Shown piece by piece: positions 1-13,726 of a DNA stretch of 64,000 nucleotides. Position 1 is the stretch's first letter. The number at the start of each line of letters is the position of its first letter. The notes beneath the pieces were generated by a model that was not told the origin of the DNA, did not search any database, and was given only the letters and a program-made list of their open reading frames with translations. Source of the stretch: Tubulanus polymorphus (taxonomy: Eukaryota > Animalia > Nemertea); contig NC_134026.1 in the NCBI RefSeq assembly GCF_964204645.1, positions 21,176,150-21,240,149 of the forward strand. The letters run 5' to 3'. Position numbers and translations under genes: made by a program.

Positions 1-1
1 A

Positions 2-180
2 CAGTAGAACTCGGATTTGATTCGGGTTTTTCAATCCTGATTTTCACTTAATTCGGATGAAATGTTTGGTCCATTTAGCCTGGAACCATGTAAACCGCAA
101 ATCATAATTCGGATTTTACTTAGTTCGGAGAAATCCGAGCAGTCCCTATTCATCCATAATTATATAAACGGGTTCTACTG
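2..180. mobile_element. Tc1/mariner (pogo/Tigger-like) MITE
   Basis: Termini cagtagaactcg ... cgggttctactg, with internal ttcggat/atccga subrepeats. Confidence 0.7.
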
Positions 181-1055
181 CAGACTAAACAACCTCTGTG
201 TTTCTAAGAATCGCGTTTTGAAAAAGTTGGAATACCTCTTAGAAAAATGAATCGACGCGTTATATACTCATGTTTTACATTTTAGAGCGCACTATCTGTA
301 TTGTGCTATACTTCAAGTCCAAAATAGATCATCCGATAGAAGATACGTATTGAATCGGAACCGATTGCTCGAAATAGGATCAGAGCCCCTTATTTCTTCG
401 GTAGCGAAATACTCGTGCGATGAACGGGACGCCGTTATCTCTCGTCCCTGTAATCGATTCTCGTTGATTTATTCGCCGGGATTACCACCGGATAGAAATG
501 GAGTGGGTCACTGGAAATCTGTCTCCTTACACCAGGGGCAAACGTATCATCGTAACGCGTATATAATGGCTCTTACACTGCCGACGTATAATGACGTTAT
601 TTAGAGGACAGTTTAGGCGTGAATTGTTTACATAAATTTCAACGCCGTCCCAACGATTGCTGACATTCCCCGCGTCATTAATGACAACACAATTAAGGCT
701 TCTAAATTCGAAGTTAATGCTGTAATTGAGAACAGACCAATGCAGTCGAGTGTTCGAGTAAAAGTGACTTGTTGCTAGAGGTCATTAACGGTTTTAAATC
801 CAAGGCCGGCGGAAGCAAGTCGACATAGGCCTGGCTAATAACCGACGTCGGCACGAGGCGTAAATTGAGGAAAAAATTGCGCCTATTTCTACAACGGGTT
901 CCAAGTTCATCCCCGCAGAAATTCTGGGGCTATTTGAGACCATAGTTTCCCCCGTATCCTGATTCGGGATTGACTCACGCTATGTGTAGAAATGTAAATG
1001 GTAGATACTGCGAATTTTTGACACGATCACAATGTGTTTTACAATTATATATTGG

Positions 1056-1567
1056 TTTTCTCTCGGGTATCCGTGAGACCCTTATTCTCCTGTCTGCCCT
1101 GTCTGTGTATCTGTATGTCTGCCTTCAGCTACTTAGCTTCGTAAAAAGTGGGTCGATCTTGATGAACCTTGGGTACAATGTTAGTATGGGGGGTCAAGTT
1201 AATAAACAGTGCAAATAATTGGCTCAGTGCGCCACCTAGCGGTAGAACAAGGTACTAAAATCACAGTTTTCGGCGTTATGACCTTGGAGATGACCTCAAC
1301 AGAGGAACGATTTAAAAAGTTGGCTCGACAAAATATATTTATATAGCCCTAAATACAACATATCCAAAATGCAATTGGAAATAATGCATGGGAATTGCGA
1401 AGTCCTAGTCTGCGTCCGAGAACCGCTGTCGCCTATGGCCCTTGTTTTGAATATGATCCATGGGCCTACACGCTTATCGCAGCTCCTGTGTAGCGCATTT
1501 CTTGCATGTGTGCAAAAATTTAAGATTGTTACAAATTTCTTACGGGGTATCCCTCGAGATTGTCTAG
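1056..1567 (+). mobile_element. HINE / DINE-1 / pearl-like Helentron-associated non-autonomous element
   Basis: 5' T-run and short hairpin (tctcgggtatccgtgaga), (TGTC/TGTA)-type microsatellite at 1092-1122, gtcgatcttgatgaaccttgg core, and a 3' ggggtat...ctcgag...ctag end. Confidence 0.6.
1229..1242 (-). promoter_or_regulatory. CTCF-like motif inside the HINE-like element
   Basis: Minus strand ccgctaggtggcgc. Motif match only. Confidence 0.35.
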
Positions 1568-3240
1568 CCCGGTCCCCATTACGATAGGTATTTCAGTAGG
1601 GTATAAGCTAATTTGGCCAACTACAACAGACTGGTTATTGTCAGCTTGAAATTTATGCTATTCCTAACACCAGCCGGTGAACTGCGACAGAAATCAAACA
1701 AAACAATGGTTGTGTTTTAAGCCACCTATTTCCTGAAGGCTATCCGCGCATCGTATTATCCTCTCTAGAATATGAATATGCCCGTATATCAGCGAAATTA
1801 ATTCGCCATCGTGTTGTAACAGCGATGGGAGATATTAGCCTTGTTCGGTACTGGCAGCAGCTGATGTCACCGGGCGATCGGTCATACACGCAAGCAATTA
1901 TGGTATTTATACATTGTAGCCCGGTGCGACAAAAAACGACAAACACGGCGACGAATAACCAGGCGAAAATCGCGTATTCGTCGGGATAGTTAAATGAACT
2001 GACATGCAACCGACATAGAAAAGTGGGTCAAGGCCATAGTGCGGACAAACGACTGACGCAAAAATTGCGATACATAATTTCTCGTGTTTGAAATAGATTT
2101 TTGTACCGGTATCAATTGTCATTTTTGCTTCAATGGTCAGGAAGCCTGATGAGTATTATTATTATGGTCGGAACAGTCAGACCTTGTCTACGTATAATAT
2201 ATACGCCACCATAAAATGATACTGCATGTTACTACGGGGTAAATTCTTCGTATGTGTTATCAAATCACGTATCGGAATCATCACTTTAGGAGCGAGATGG
2301 AAACACACACGAATTGCAGTCCCACTCTTGTAGCGGCGGCGAACGTTTTGCTCATCGTAACTGTGAACTAATGACTGCCTGAAGCAGGTCGTTAAGCAGC
2401 CCGGATTTACTGGCTACCTGCTAATGACAAGTGATAAGTATTCGGTTGAACAGCCTGCTGCCTTCGCCTCATCCGAAAGCTAAACATGCTAAACACGTTT
2501 AAAGGATCTTGATTTCACCGTAGATGTAGTTCCACCAAAGATTCCAGTAATTCGCCAGTTTCCTAGCGCTCTGTTTGAAAACTGGTGATGCAATTTGCGC
2601 GCACGCTTCTCAGCATTTTGACGGAAATCCGTCGGCAAGTTGAAAGTAACTGGTGAATACATTAAAGCATTCAATTTACCATACGTTAATTGATCATTTT
2701 TCTAGCAGTAAATCGCAGCTTTTAACAGATCGCTTTTAACTCCGATCTGTTTTCCATTTACGCCAGTATATACCCCAGTATCAAGTTTAGAATACGATGT
2801 CCTTCAGTATTTTCTTCTAATCGGAATTCGAATGTTAGGTTTCTTAATTTGGACGCTGCTAACGTTGCTAACGTTTGCTATTGGCTATATTGTTTGGTCG
2901 TCGTCTGAATAGAAACAACTAATTCATTGATTGTGTAGTCGGCATGGCATACCGCAGTTGTTGAAGTTGCCCTCCGAACGTTTTCCGATGGTTTCCAATT
3001 ACACCTTACCGTGGAACTGAAGTATTAGGTATACCTTCTACGCAGTCCCCATAGCGTGATTCATAGTTGACAAATTAGTTTTGTGGTGATGGACAGGAAT
3101 AGATCAGTAGCTTTACTTCAGTATTCCGATTGATGGCACGTAAATACGTAAATGATGGCCACTATACCCTTAACTATGTGCACGATCTAATTTTGATATC
3201 TATATCTAAACGAATGGCCGCGTATATGGTTTCACCATAG

Positions 3241-3515
3241 CAGGGGTGGGTCCAAGGGATGGTTTGGGGGTCTCAAGCCCCCGATGCTCCGTGTTGTAAA
3301 ATTTTCGGATAGTGATATCTATCATATTAATGATGAACTTAACCAAAATTCAAAGCTTTATCGATTGCAGTTTCGGCGTCTGTCAGAAATAGCTATAGGT
3401 AATGCACAAATTTTTATCAATGATATTCTTTTCTCTCGCATCCAAAAATGATATCTGGCAAAACACAGCGCTTGCCCCCCCCCCCCCTTTGCTCAAATTT
3501 CTGAATCCACCCCTA
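3241..3515. mobile_element. hAT-like MITE (CAGGGGTGGATCCA-type ends)
   Basis: caggggtgggtcca ... tgaatccaccccta, with G-rich and C-rich subterminal runs. No TSD recognised. Confidence 0.6.
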
Positions 3516-3778
3516 CATGGACCGTATAAGCAAGTCCAGCATGGTCAGACATACCAAAACCCGATGTCGAGTCAAGACAATACCATATTCAACCATCGCG
3601 TGTTTAACGTTTTATTCAAAAATGAAAAAACTCGTATCAAAGTTAAATGGGTTGGGTATATATAGGCAATTGAATATCATCGATATCAAACTCATGCGTA
3701 CTGAATAAAGGTATATCGTTTATATACTCGATCTGAATTTATCGACATCGTAAACAGTTCGAGATTGCTTTCCTCTAG

Positions 3779-3812
3779 GTGTGTGTGTGGTGTGGTGTGT
3801 GTGTGTGTGTGT
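3779..3812. repeat. Imperfect (GT)n microsatellite
   Basis: gtgtgtgtgtggtgtggtgtgtgtgtgtgtgtgt. Confidence 0.85.
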
Positions 3813-4224
3813 CAACTTATGCGATCATTATCGAGAAAGCCGTGTACAGAAGTATACGGCTATGGTGCCAGTAAGATTTCCGCTGAAGAGCTCGGCACAG
3901 CAACTTGTCGAGTCGCACGAAAATAACCAGAACCGAAAACACGAACGAATCATAATTTCCTCTAAGCCTGGAGCGTGTATGTCGAAAAATATTGCTCCCA
4001 GACATTTCAACCAAACATCTCGCTTCGACGACGGGTACGTGTTCGCCACTGTTTACGCCAGTAAGAGAAGTGATGAAATGTAATATCATATCACAGCCGG
4101 TCGTACAGCGGCCTCTAGCTTGACCTGGCCATATCGGTGGTCAAACCCGACGCTAATGATATGGATTTCTTATCACCAGGTGGTTTTGAATGAAGGTTTT
4201 CATATCTCGCTGAAAGTAGAAAAA

Positions 4225-4393
4225 AGTCCAACGCACACGACACAGGGAAACACAGAAACACGGAAACAAACACGTTTAATCTCGGCAACGTTGTTCCCAA
4301 AACTATGTTTCTCGTATTAAACGCACACCGTACATGGAAACGCACGAAAGCATGTTTCTGTCTCCTGTTTCCCTACATCGTGTCCATTGGGCT
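4225..4393. mobile_element. PIF/Harbinger-like MITE
   Basis: Imperfect IR agtccaacgcacacgacacagggaaaca ... tgtttccctacatcgtgtccattgggct, followed by TTA; internal ggaaaca subrepeats. Confidence 0.6.
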
Positions 4394-4873
4394 TTAATGA
4401 CCTTCGCCGTTACAATTGCTATGGCCAAATTATCATGAAACATAGTACATAGAATTTCATTCAAATAGAAATCTATCTAGTGGGGGTAAATCTGTAACAA
4501 AATCTTTGACGGCTGATCTTCTATGAATACTATCTCTCATTCACACTGCAGGTTTGAGGTGAGGCCGATCTGGTCCGTCGGTGGTGCCAGGCCGCCGTTG
4601 CGTGCAACGCAAATGCATCGACAATTTACTCGAGCGATTTGTTGTCTCTGAATCCGGCGCAATGGCGAAATTAACAAGCTCGATATTCAATTAATTCATT
4701 TAATAACCGCCATCGGCATAGCGAACACGTGCGGCGTTCTTTATTGCAGCGCACTCGCCGTTAGTCAGATTCACTAGCCATTGAATTAAAACTGGCGTCT
4801 AGAGAGGTGCTCGTAAAAAAATTGGCCATTTACATACGTAAACAGCACTTCGTTCAAGGTTGTATGAAATATT

Positions 4874-5130
4874 ATCGACAAAACGATTTCTTGAAACTCG
4901 ATATAGTTGACAAAATAGAAAAAATTAAAAACACTCCATCTAATATCGATATTGCAAGTTGTGTGAACTATGCCTACGTATAGAAGGTTAGATAGGGCAC
5001 TATCGACGAAATAATTTTTCGATTGTAAAAAAGAAGAGAAACCACTTCATCTAATGTCGATATCGAGATGTGTATGACCTAAGCCTACGCACAATAGGTG
5101 TATACGCGTGTTTATCATAAAACAATTCTA
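4874..5130. repeat. Diverged tandem duplication, period about 111 bp
   Basis: cactccatctaatatcgatattgcaagttgtgtgaactatgcctacgta (4932) versus cacttcatctaatgtcgatatcgagatgtgtatgacctaagcctacgca (5043). Confidence 0.7.
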
Positions 5131-5580
5131 GATCAATAAGTGTAAAATGGCGAAACAAGAGAGATATATATTTGTAATTTTGAACTTCAAAATTGCACCT
5201 TTTTGCCCACGCTACAATTTTGGAAGGTTAAAAGAAAATGAAATGTGCCGAAGTAAATTGAAAATAATGATGATATATAGGAAATATTAAATGTTACAAT
5301 TCGGCCTAAGTATTCATCACAGTCTAATAGCGGCTGATAATGGCTATCAATGTCTCCTCTTAAGTAGATATATGAACGTTGTATAAGATCTAATTAAGGA
5401 ATGTACGGTGGCTAGTTCGCTTTATTTTACTGTCGTTAGAATTAAAAAGCTCACACCACTCAATAATTAATCAATAGAAACCATATTGTCAAAGAAGAAT
5501 ATTTTTATGACAAGTACATAATCAACAATATCTAGTACAAAGATGACGGATAAACGCATACAAGGATAATGTGGATATTG

Positions 5581-5621
5581 GTACGGATAGTAGTAAGATA
5601 TCTTCTTTCTACTATCCGTAC
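5581..5621. repeat. Short hairpin with perfect 13-bp arms
   Basis: gtacggatagtag ... ctactatccgtac. Confidence 0.75.
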
Positions 5622-8600
5622 AGGAAATAATAGATTACATAAGTAACTTGATTGACAAGGACCATGAATATGGGCTCAAACAGTGGCGTCACGCGTTTTC
5701 GACGAATGATAACAGAATGCTAGATGATGTGAAAGTAATCAAAACATTAGAAATAATCATTGAAAGATGATATGAGATCCTAGTTAAGGAGAGACAATTT
5801 CGAGATTATTAGGAAACTCCGAATAATCAGGTTAATTCTTTAGCCACACGGCAATAAACACCTTAACTTTATGAGTGAACGGAGAATGTAGCATTGCAGT
5901 CACAGATGTAGATGAGTGGATTCTAGAGGTATCTATACCATGTAAAATGGTCGTATCACGCGAGATATCCAATATTATCACATGTCGGTCGTTTCACAGG
6001 CGACAAGGCGATAGTATCCGCGCGTGATAACGTACTAGTTGCGTGTGTATCTTAGTTAAAACATTATTTCATCATAATTTGATGTAAACAGACGCTTTTG
6101 GTTGGTTTGTTGGTAAATCGACTACCCTGTTATTTGAGTATATATACATTGTAAATCGCGTATTTGTAACTGTAGGGAACAAATGTCATTAGATATTGTA
6201 CACCGCCGAAGCACATTGGATAAATCGGCATGAATCATTTTATGTTGTGTGAACTATCATTTCGTCTTTCTGAAAAATCCTGAGATTCAATTTCATTTTA
6301 TTCGTTTCGATATATCTGAACGATGGAAATGAATGAAAAAAAGATGTCTCGCCTTCGAATAATCAATCATTTCATTCTTATATAGTTATTATTCGTCTTA
6401 ATTCCATCACGATGCGCAAGTGTGTAATTATATAGACGAAACGGTCTCTAACTTCCAGCTCCGATAACCGGTATGGAATATATTATTCCATGAATGTATG
6501 GCGCGGCCAGAAAAAATACAATTTGTATTGCCCCCTACGAGACAAAGCATGCGCTACAACGGTTACATTCTTTCCACTCGTATGTTATTAGCTACGTGTA
6601 ATGGATTCGTAATGATCTATACATTTCAATCACGTTTTATCTTGTGTGGTCATCCGCGGTTCATCTGTACACGATCTTTACGCGCGATGCGAATCGTCTC
6701 TCGGAATGTTTATACTGACCCCCTTGTTTAGCCGGAATATCTAACGTTCGGTCCATTAACGGAGGATTTGTTGGCCATCTTACCGGACGTAATGACCCAA
6801 TCGAATATCTCACCCGTATTATCATGGCATGCTTATCTAGACGTGATCGCCTCGATGCTTAAAGGTTCTTAAGAAAATAAGAAAATTGATTGTTATTTTT
6901 CCCCAAAACTGAGTGGGTGAACGCCGTTGAACCCAGATGCCGAATGCTTCAACTCCAGAAAGGTCGTGCCTATTACGTCGTCGACCCTATCTTCGTCCCT
7001 CAGGGTGAACTTCGGTTGTCGAAGTTAGTCGACTGTTTGCGAACTAAGCGAAACCGAACTGTCAGTTAGTCAGAACTATAGTACGGAAAAAGTGAACCAC
7101 GGAACGAAGCACGGTAGCTGTAGACCAGATCTAGTTCCAAGATGGCCGACACTTTTAAATGCGTTATGAACAAAAGTGCGTTCGGTTCACTAGGCGGCTC
7201 ACTACGAAAACTGCAATTCGCTCATTGGGTGACTGGCAAAACGTCTGCATAATAATTATTTAGAAATTTTGGGAGTTGTCATGTTAATAAGGTGGCTGAT
7301 TTCTGGAGAAAATTCGACATTTTCTTTCGTTTTGGTGTTCTGAAATTCTAAATTGCATGTGAGAAAATTTTCGTAATATTGCTCGAATCAGCCACCGTAA
7401 TGTAAACGACTTATTCAGCTGTGTCCGCTAATAATGGCTTATCAAAACGTGGCCTTTTTTCTAACACATCTGGAAGAATCTCTGAAGTTACGGTCGATGG
7501 GTACAAAATCATGTCTGATGATGATGATAACTGGACGCATCTCTTACGATACGTCAGCGATATTTAGATTGAGTGAGATTTGGACATAACGTGGTTGATC
7601 AATGCAGCACGCTAACGACCATTGTGGCCATTCGATTTCTCTTCAGCTAAGGCGAGTAAACGAAAAACGCTCTTCGGCAACTCTTGGACGGATACCCCGT
7701 ATAGTCACGTAATCGAGTGGCCAAAAAACGAGGCGGGAAAATATTGACGATTTACAATATGGGCGGAGTACATGATCGTGTATGCATAGCGGAGTTCACG
7801 GGTTCGTTCGAATCGGATAATGTCCGAGAAATGTCTGTTTTTCTATGCAAAAACCTTTTGAGGGGTTATTTCTGCGGGATTTACAACCTCAAGCTGTTTT
7901 CCACCGTGGAACGATCATCGGTTGTGTGTTATGGTTTACGAAAATAAATCTTATATCCTTAGTTATGTAGTAGACTTCGTTTGGTAGAGTTCCATTTTCA
8001 TTGAATATTCGAGTATTTTAACAAACTCCGAGATCCAAGCATACGAACCACCGAAGCAATTTGGCTGGAAACCCCTGAAGTATCTACGCAAAAAAGATAA
8101 GTTCTGGTGTGAGTATGTCAGGCCGAAAAAACAACGTTGCTTTCATTAATTCACGAAAAGCTTTTCATTGATTCACGAAAATCTATCGTAATGCTGCGAG
8201 TCGCACAAAAAACGATACTGCGACATCGACGACGTTTAGTAAAGTGTCAAAACGAAACTTGTACATATCACACGGCGTATCAAGTTTTCCTAACTTTATC
8301 GACAAACATCTTGACCACGAAACGATTGATGCAAACCGAAAACTTAGACACGACAATTCACGATGTATTTACTCTTCAGCTTTATGCCGATGTATACTCG
8401 CCATTAGCAGAAAACTGTTCAACGTCGTTTTCTTCGTCGAAATGCCAACATCCCCGACCCGACACTTCAACGTCGTTGAAACCGAACTTGACTTGGAAAA
8501 CGAAGACGAAATTGCGAGTAGAGATCTCGAGTCTTAACGTATACAAATCTGAGACGACCGTGTCAGCCCATTAGGAATACTTTTTATAATGTTATATGAC

Positions 8601-9774
8601 TCGAAAAAGGGAAGTTAGATATCAGTTACTCGTTATGGTGGCCTGCATTTGTGTCATTAGCTCTTTTTTGCAATGAAATGTTTCTGTAATGGTCTATGCG
8701 GAGTCTACGAAAACGAAGCGTGGAATCTAACCGGAGAACCATATTCGCGAGATGTCGCTCAAATTGAAACGACACATTAGTATAAATCTTTTCCCGTAGG
8801 GATCTCTAGCTAATTGCAAGTTAATGTTGCTGGCTTCATCGAGACATAAAAATTGCATTCGCTGTAAAAAAAACCAGTCACATCCAGCACAGGGTAGAAT
8901 AATAATCGAGTAAGCGTGTGGGGAGGTTTTTAAGCCGCCCCAGTCGGCATTGTCATCTCGGATTCAATAAAGCCATGTCGTTTGCATTAAATTATTTCAT
9001 TTTTATTATCTAGACGCAAGAAGACCGCGATGCAAGAGATTTACGCACATGTAAAACCCCATTTGAAAGTCAATAAGTCTTCATTGGAGCCATAATACTA
9101 TCTTAAAGTCTACATAAAAGAAAAATTAATTGGCAAAGCCATACAAATGGCATGTAGCTGCCGCCCGCGCAGTCGGAAAAAATACTAAAAACAGACTCGA
9201 CTGACTGAAATATGATATGTTGTAATGAGTCAATTAAATGTGTGCCTGACTTCCTTCCGACTGTGAACGAACGAACTATTTTGCGTGGAAGCAATTTTCG
9301 AATTGTCAAGAGTCGCGATGAATTTCGCAAAACGTAATAATAGCAATTCCATATTCTTCTAACTATCGATTAAAGTTCGTCGCGCAGCAGACGTAAATGA
9401 ATACACGGAGACGCAACGAATATGAACTGTGAACACAAATTGAAGTTCGAAAAATAAACTAACGTATTTTATGAATGTATACGATGAACATAAAAGGGAT
9501 GAAACGACAATGAAAGCAATTTGTAATATCCAACTGAGCTATAAATTGAACGAAAAGTACCGACAGATCGGCTAGTGACATTTATGATACTCGTAAAAAG
9601 AAATGCGGAGATCTTATACCGTATGTTGGTGATTGAGATCTAAGGTAAAATCATCGCGATAAACGAGTTGTAGAGTGAGTGAATATACTAAAAAACCTAC
9701 ACACAAAAACAGCTTGTAGGAAAGGACATTTTCTCTCAAAGCTTGGACCTATAGTTTCAGAGATTATTTGACGC

Positions 9775-10146
9775 ACTGACACTTTTTTACGACGTAAAAA
9801 CCATTACCAATGTATATATACATGGAGACCTTCTATACGTTATTTGAGAGGTTCTGTGTGAATCGATGTGCACCACGTCATCAATATTGGTGTTTCGAAA
9901 TAACAATTACATTTGTGAATTTTTCCGTTTATTTTTTAAGTAAATAAATTCTAATAATAATTTTTGCGAGGATGTGCACTATGTCATCAATATATCGGGG
10001 CTAGACTGGTTGACGGTAAATCAAATTCAATTTTCGATATTCAAATCCAAAATAACTTTATTGATCCTTAACATTATATAATCTATACCATCTTTTTTTA
10101 CTGTCGATAATAGCAATATACAAGGCGTCAAGTTAGTTTTCTTGTT
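9775..10146 (+). repeat. Dispersed repeat, copy 1 (unclassified)
   Basis: Collinear with 35900-36328; shared blocks gatgtgcac.acgtcatcaatatt, aaataacaattaca, caaatccaaaataactttattgatc, aaggcgtcaa..agttagttttcttgtt. Confidence 0.8.
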
Positions 10147-11359
10147 TGAAAATTTTCTTTCATATTCCCGACATTTAGACTGACGTTCATTTGCCCTTTT
10201 AACCATTGATTACGATTTTGATGAATCCATATTTTGCATGTACAAAGCGTCCGCCAATCGTCAATAGATAAACAGGACTGGCTATGAAATATAACACGGT
10301 GACAAACACTGATCATAATGGCATTGAGTGAGAGAGCATCTAAAAGTTTTGCCGATTCTACGTCTAGTTATTGGCATAAAATAAAAAATGTTCTTTTCAA
10401 ATTCAAAATCCGATTTTCTGTCGAGATCTACTAAACGACGAGTATGAAATGATTTACCATTAGACGGGAGAAGATCTCGACGAAAAACATAAAACATAAA
10501 ACATAGAAATGTCAGAATGGCCTCACTCAAATGTGAAGAACAGGTAATAAGTTTAAAACCCGCTAAATACAGATGATCTTTAGTGAAAGTTCGAAACGTC
10601 GTGTACATTTCGATTTTAGTTCTTGATAAATAAGATTCATTTTTGATCTTTTAGATTCTGTATAAAACTGTCTGCGTCTCGACCGTGATAATTGAGGAAT
10701 TAAAAGACAAAAACCGCTTAATCTAATCCCATTAATCAGCGGCGGTTTCGTCGTCGATAATAAATACCAACACGATCTGCTCCGAATTCATCAACTCTAA
10801 CGAACAAAACGCTATCCACATAAGTGTTTAGAACGTGTGAACGAACCGCACATATAGGCACGGTATTTCTCTGCGTATAGATTATTTGCATTCGCCCCTA
10901 TACCGCTCGCGTCGGAAGAGATTAATTAAAAATGGAGACTAAACGCGTTGGAGATTACCGATGAATTATCTCGTTTATCACGAGCAATACAAAATCTATC
11001 GCGGCGAGAGAAACCAAGTGTTGTTGCCGCGTTCTATAAATCATTTGAAACTGTAATGTCTTATACACCCGAGTTTAGCCGGTAAAACCAAGTCGTAACA
11101 ACCTCGCCGTTTTGAAGAAAATACCGTTTGACTGATTTTACATGCGACGAATCACGTTTGCTCCGGTGGTATTAGAAAATCTAACAACTAAACGGTTCGA
11201 GTTCCGGTCACGGCATTAATTACATCCGTCGTTTGCCTCATGCGCGTGTCCAACTGATTCATTCATGATTGAAATGTGGAAACCTTGGACGACCTTGGGC
11301 GACCTCTTCAAAGGTTTTAAGTTCCGAGACTAATTATCGTGGGGCGCCAGATTCAACGT

Positions 11360-11412
11360 TGGCCTGATCGGTTAGAACTTCGACTCGCGAGCCTTTCGGT
11401 GTGAAGTTCATG
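11360..11412 (+). mobile_element. Degenerate tRNA-derived SINE head
   Basis: A-box-like tggcctgatcgg followed by ttagaacttcgactc, resembling the head of the SINE at 49270-49413. The B-box is decayed. Confidence 0.3.
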
Positions 11413-12026
11413 ATATAGAAGAAAGAATGGAGAAAGTATCGTTAATCTTCTGACAGATTTAATCCATTTGAATATCTGTAGAAAGAGGCAAAAGAGAAGG
11501 TCTCCGATTGGCTGCTAAGAAGCCAACGAACGCCCAATTACGTAGACCTAGACGGCGCTAGCGTGTGGTCCTCTGACACCCGTCTCGCAAATACAATTAT
11601 CCATCTTCCGATGGACAATTTCCCTTTTATATTCCTCAAATGAGGGCACTGGCTGTTAGCTTTCCGGGTCGTTAAGTATCTACGTTCATTTACACGGAAA
11701 ATATACCTGCTTCCTGTATCTATTATCGAGGACTAATTCAATTTATAACGCGACGCTTTTAAAGGAAACGAAATTAAAGATTAACGCACTGCCGTAAAAC
11801 GCAGTTCCTTTCGGAAAATTACCATAAGCGAAAACTCTCACAGTTCGTTAATTCCGGCAACCTACGTGCAGTAATACATCTACCTTGTTCATTAGGCTGG
11901 TGATTTAGACTACAATTGAATATCTTCGAAAATGACTTACATCGATTGTTTGATTTGTTTATCTAATGAACATGAAAGAATTTCCAAAGAAAAATAATAT
12001 GCGAATTTTGCATGATTCCTTGGTTC

Positions 12027-12040
12027 CCAGCAGATGGCGC
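12027..12040 (+). promoter_or_regulatory. CTCF-like motif
   Basis: ccagcagatggcgc matches the CTCF core consensus. Motif match only. Confidence 0.4.
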
Positions 12041-13090
12041 GACGAGCATTCAGTCTTACATTGTTGATTAACTTTGATCTGAATCTTAAGGCTCCCTAAT
12101 ACATATATTATCACGGGACCTACCAAATATACAATAGATACATTTGTCTAGTTAGATATCGGTACACTTTTCATGCATGAGATTTATCTAAGAAAAAGTT
12201 CATTCCGTCTTAATTGAAATGCAGAAGATATCGAATGTTGAAGTTCGAGTAACTACTAGCGAACCTGGCGGATCCGCACCTGCCACAAGTGGAATCTTCG
12301 ATTGCCACAGGTTCCCCAGTGAAATCAGATCAGTCATTTTTAGCGAATGTTAAACTAAAAAAAAAACCAATGCAACTTCCAATCAATGTGCTTGTGTAAT
12401 GAGGACGGTATCTTTTTCACTTGGGATATAATTAATTCATGCGGGATATTCGATGGCATCTTCTCCGATCTTAGTGGCGCCGAAAAAAGAAACATCGGGG
12501 TTTTGTTTATTTTATGCGTTCAGCAAGATTTCATCCTCGGTATCAGCTAGCTGAAAAGAAATCATTGCCAATACCGGTGTCGAAAGAATGCCGTGATCGT
12601 TGCACAGTACTACGCCATATGCGCCACCAGCGGGATCAGAAAGGATGGCGTTATAAGGAACTTTGACAGCACATACGATATCGAACTTTTCACACGCCCC
12701 GTGTACAACAGTCGAGTTAGATTGCAGTCGGAAATACAGAATTACCAACCTACACATTTCCTGATACAATTCGTATACGGTTTCATTGAAGTTCATCGGC
12801 TTCCAACGGCCGGCGATATCCCCGTTGTTGTAAAGTAATCGAATATACGCGCGGAAACTATAGAACCTTCCTTCCTTGCAAATTGATTTCTTCAATGCAT
12901 ATTATCCAAGTTTCGCGCGATAGGTTACGCACTCTTGATGAAACACGCGTGGTAAAAGTTTGGAAGATATACGATTATACGCGCTTTACTTAAGATTTGT
13001 AAATTGATTAATTTACGTACGTAGGATTCTCGGTGATCGTGGGTGCGGCCCATCTCCCGATAAAGGTTATCTACTCCGTACATATGGTTT

Positions 13091-13726
13091 AAAATATACT
13101 GGAATCATCTGATAGGAAATTCGAACAAATTAGAGTTGTTTAGATTGGTAAAAACAGGATTCCAAATGGAACCATACCTACTACTCGATATGCACAGGAA
13201 CTATAGAATGGCCCTTACACGTCTCAGGCTAAGTGCCCACCCACAAATGATAGAAAGGGGGAGACATTTTAACATCCCGCGTGTAGACAGGAAGTGTTCC
13301 CTATGTGATACAGTAGAAACTGAGGTACATTTTGTGATGGAGTGCCCAAAGTATTCAGCTCTAAGGGCCCCCCTTGTAGAAAAATTTACAAAACTATTCC
13401 CAGACTATTGTACTCGAAATACTAATGTACAGTTTATTCAGATTCTCACGTCAACTAAGTTAGCTAAAGACCTAGGTCGTTTTTGCTATGCGGGTTTCAT
13501 CAAGACGACATTATAATTCCATCGATCATCTATTGTATTAATTACCTTTTAACTCTTATACATGTGGAATTTGTAAATATAAGTGCTATTAGAAGTTTTG
13601 TTATAACAGTTATGTATATATATATATATTCTATTTTCTTCCTCATCTTGTTAATATTCTTGTCACTTATGGTTATGTAATATTGATTTAAAAGACAATA
13701 AACATTAATTGAATTAATTAATTGAA
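13091..13726 (+). mobile_element. 5'-truncated non-LTR retrotransposon (LINE; RTE-X or CR1/L2-group-like): ORF2 C-terminus, 3' UTR and tail
   Basis: The reading frame (ORF 13136-13516, open upstream as YWNHLIGNSNKLELF) encodes LTRLRLSAH..IERGR...RKCSLC...ETEVHFVMECPKYSALR, the post-RT CCHC region of LINE ORF2. It is followed by an AT-rich UTR, AATAAA and an (ATTGA/ATTA)-type tail. Confidence 0.85.
13136..13516 (+). pseudogene. Remnant of LINE ORF2 C-terminal zinc-knuckle region (no RT or endonuclease present)
   Basis: CxxC-x7-H-x4-C motif (CSLC DTVETEV H FVME C) preceded by RLRLSAH and IERGR motifs. Confidence 0.8.

Noticed and set aside
8137-8574. 145-aa ORF with overlapping 97-aa ORF
   Set aside because: Non-ATG starts and no recognisable motif.
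12512-12895. 127-aa minus-strand ORF
   Set aside because: No recognisable domain or splice context; length is compatible with chance.
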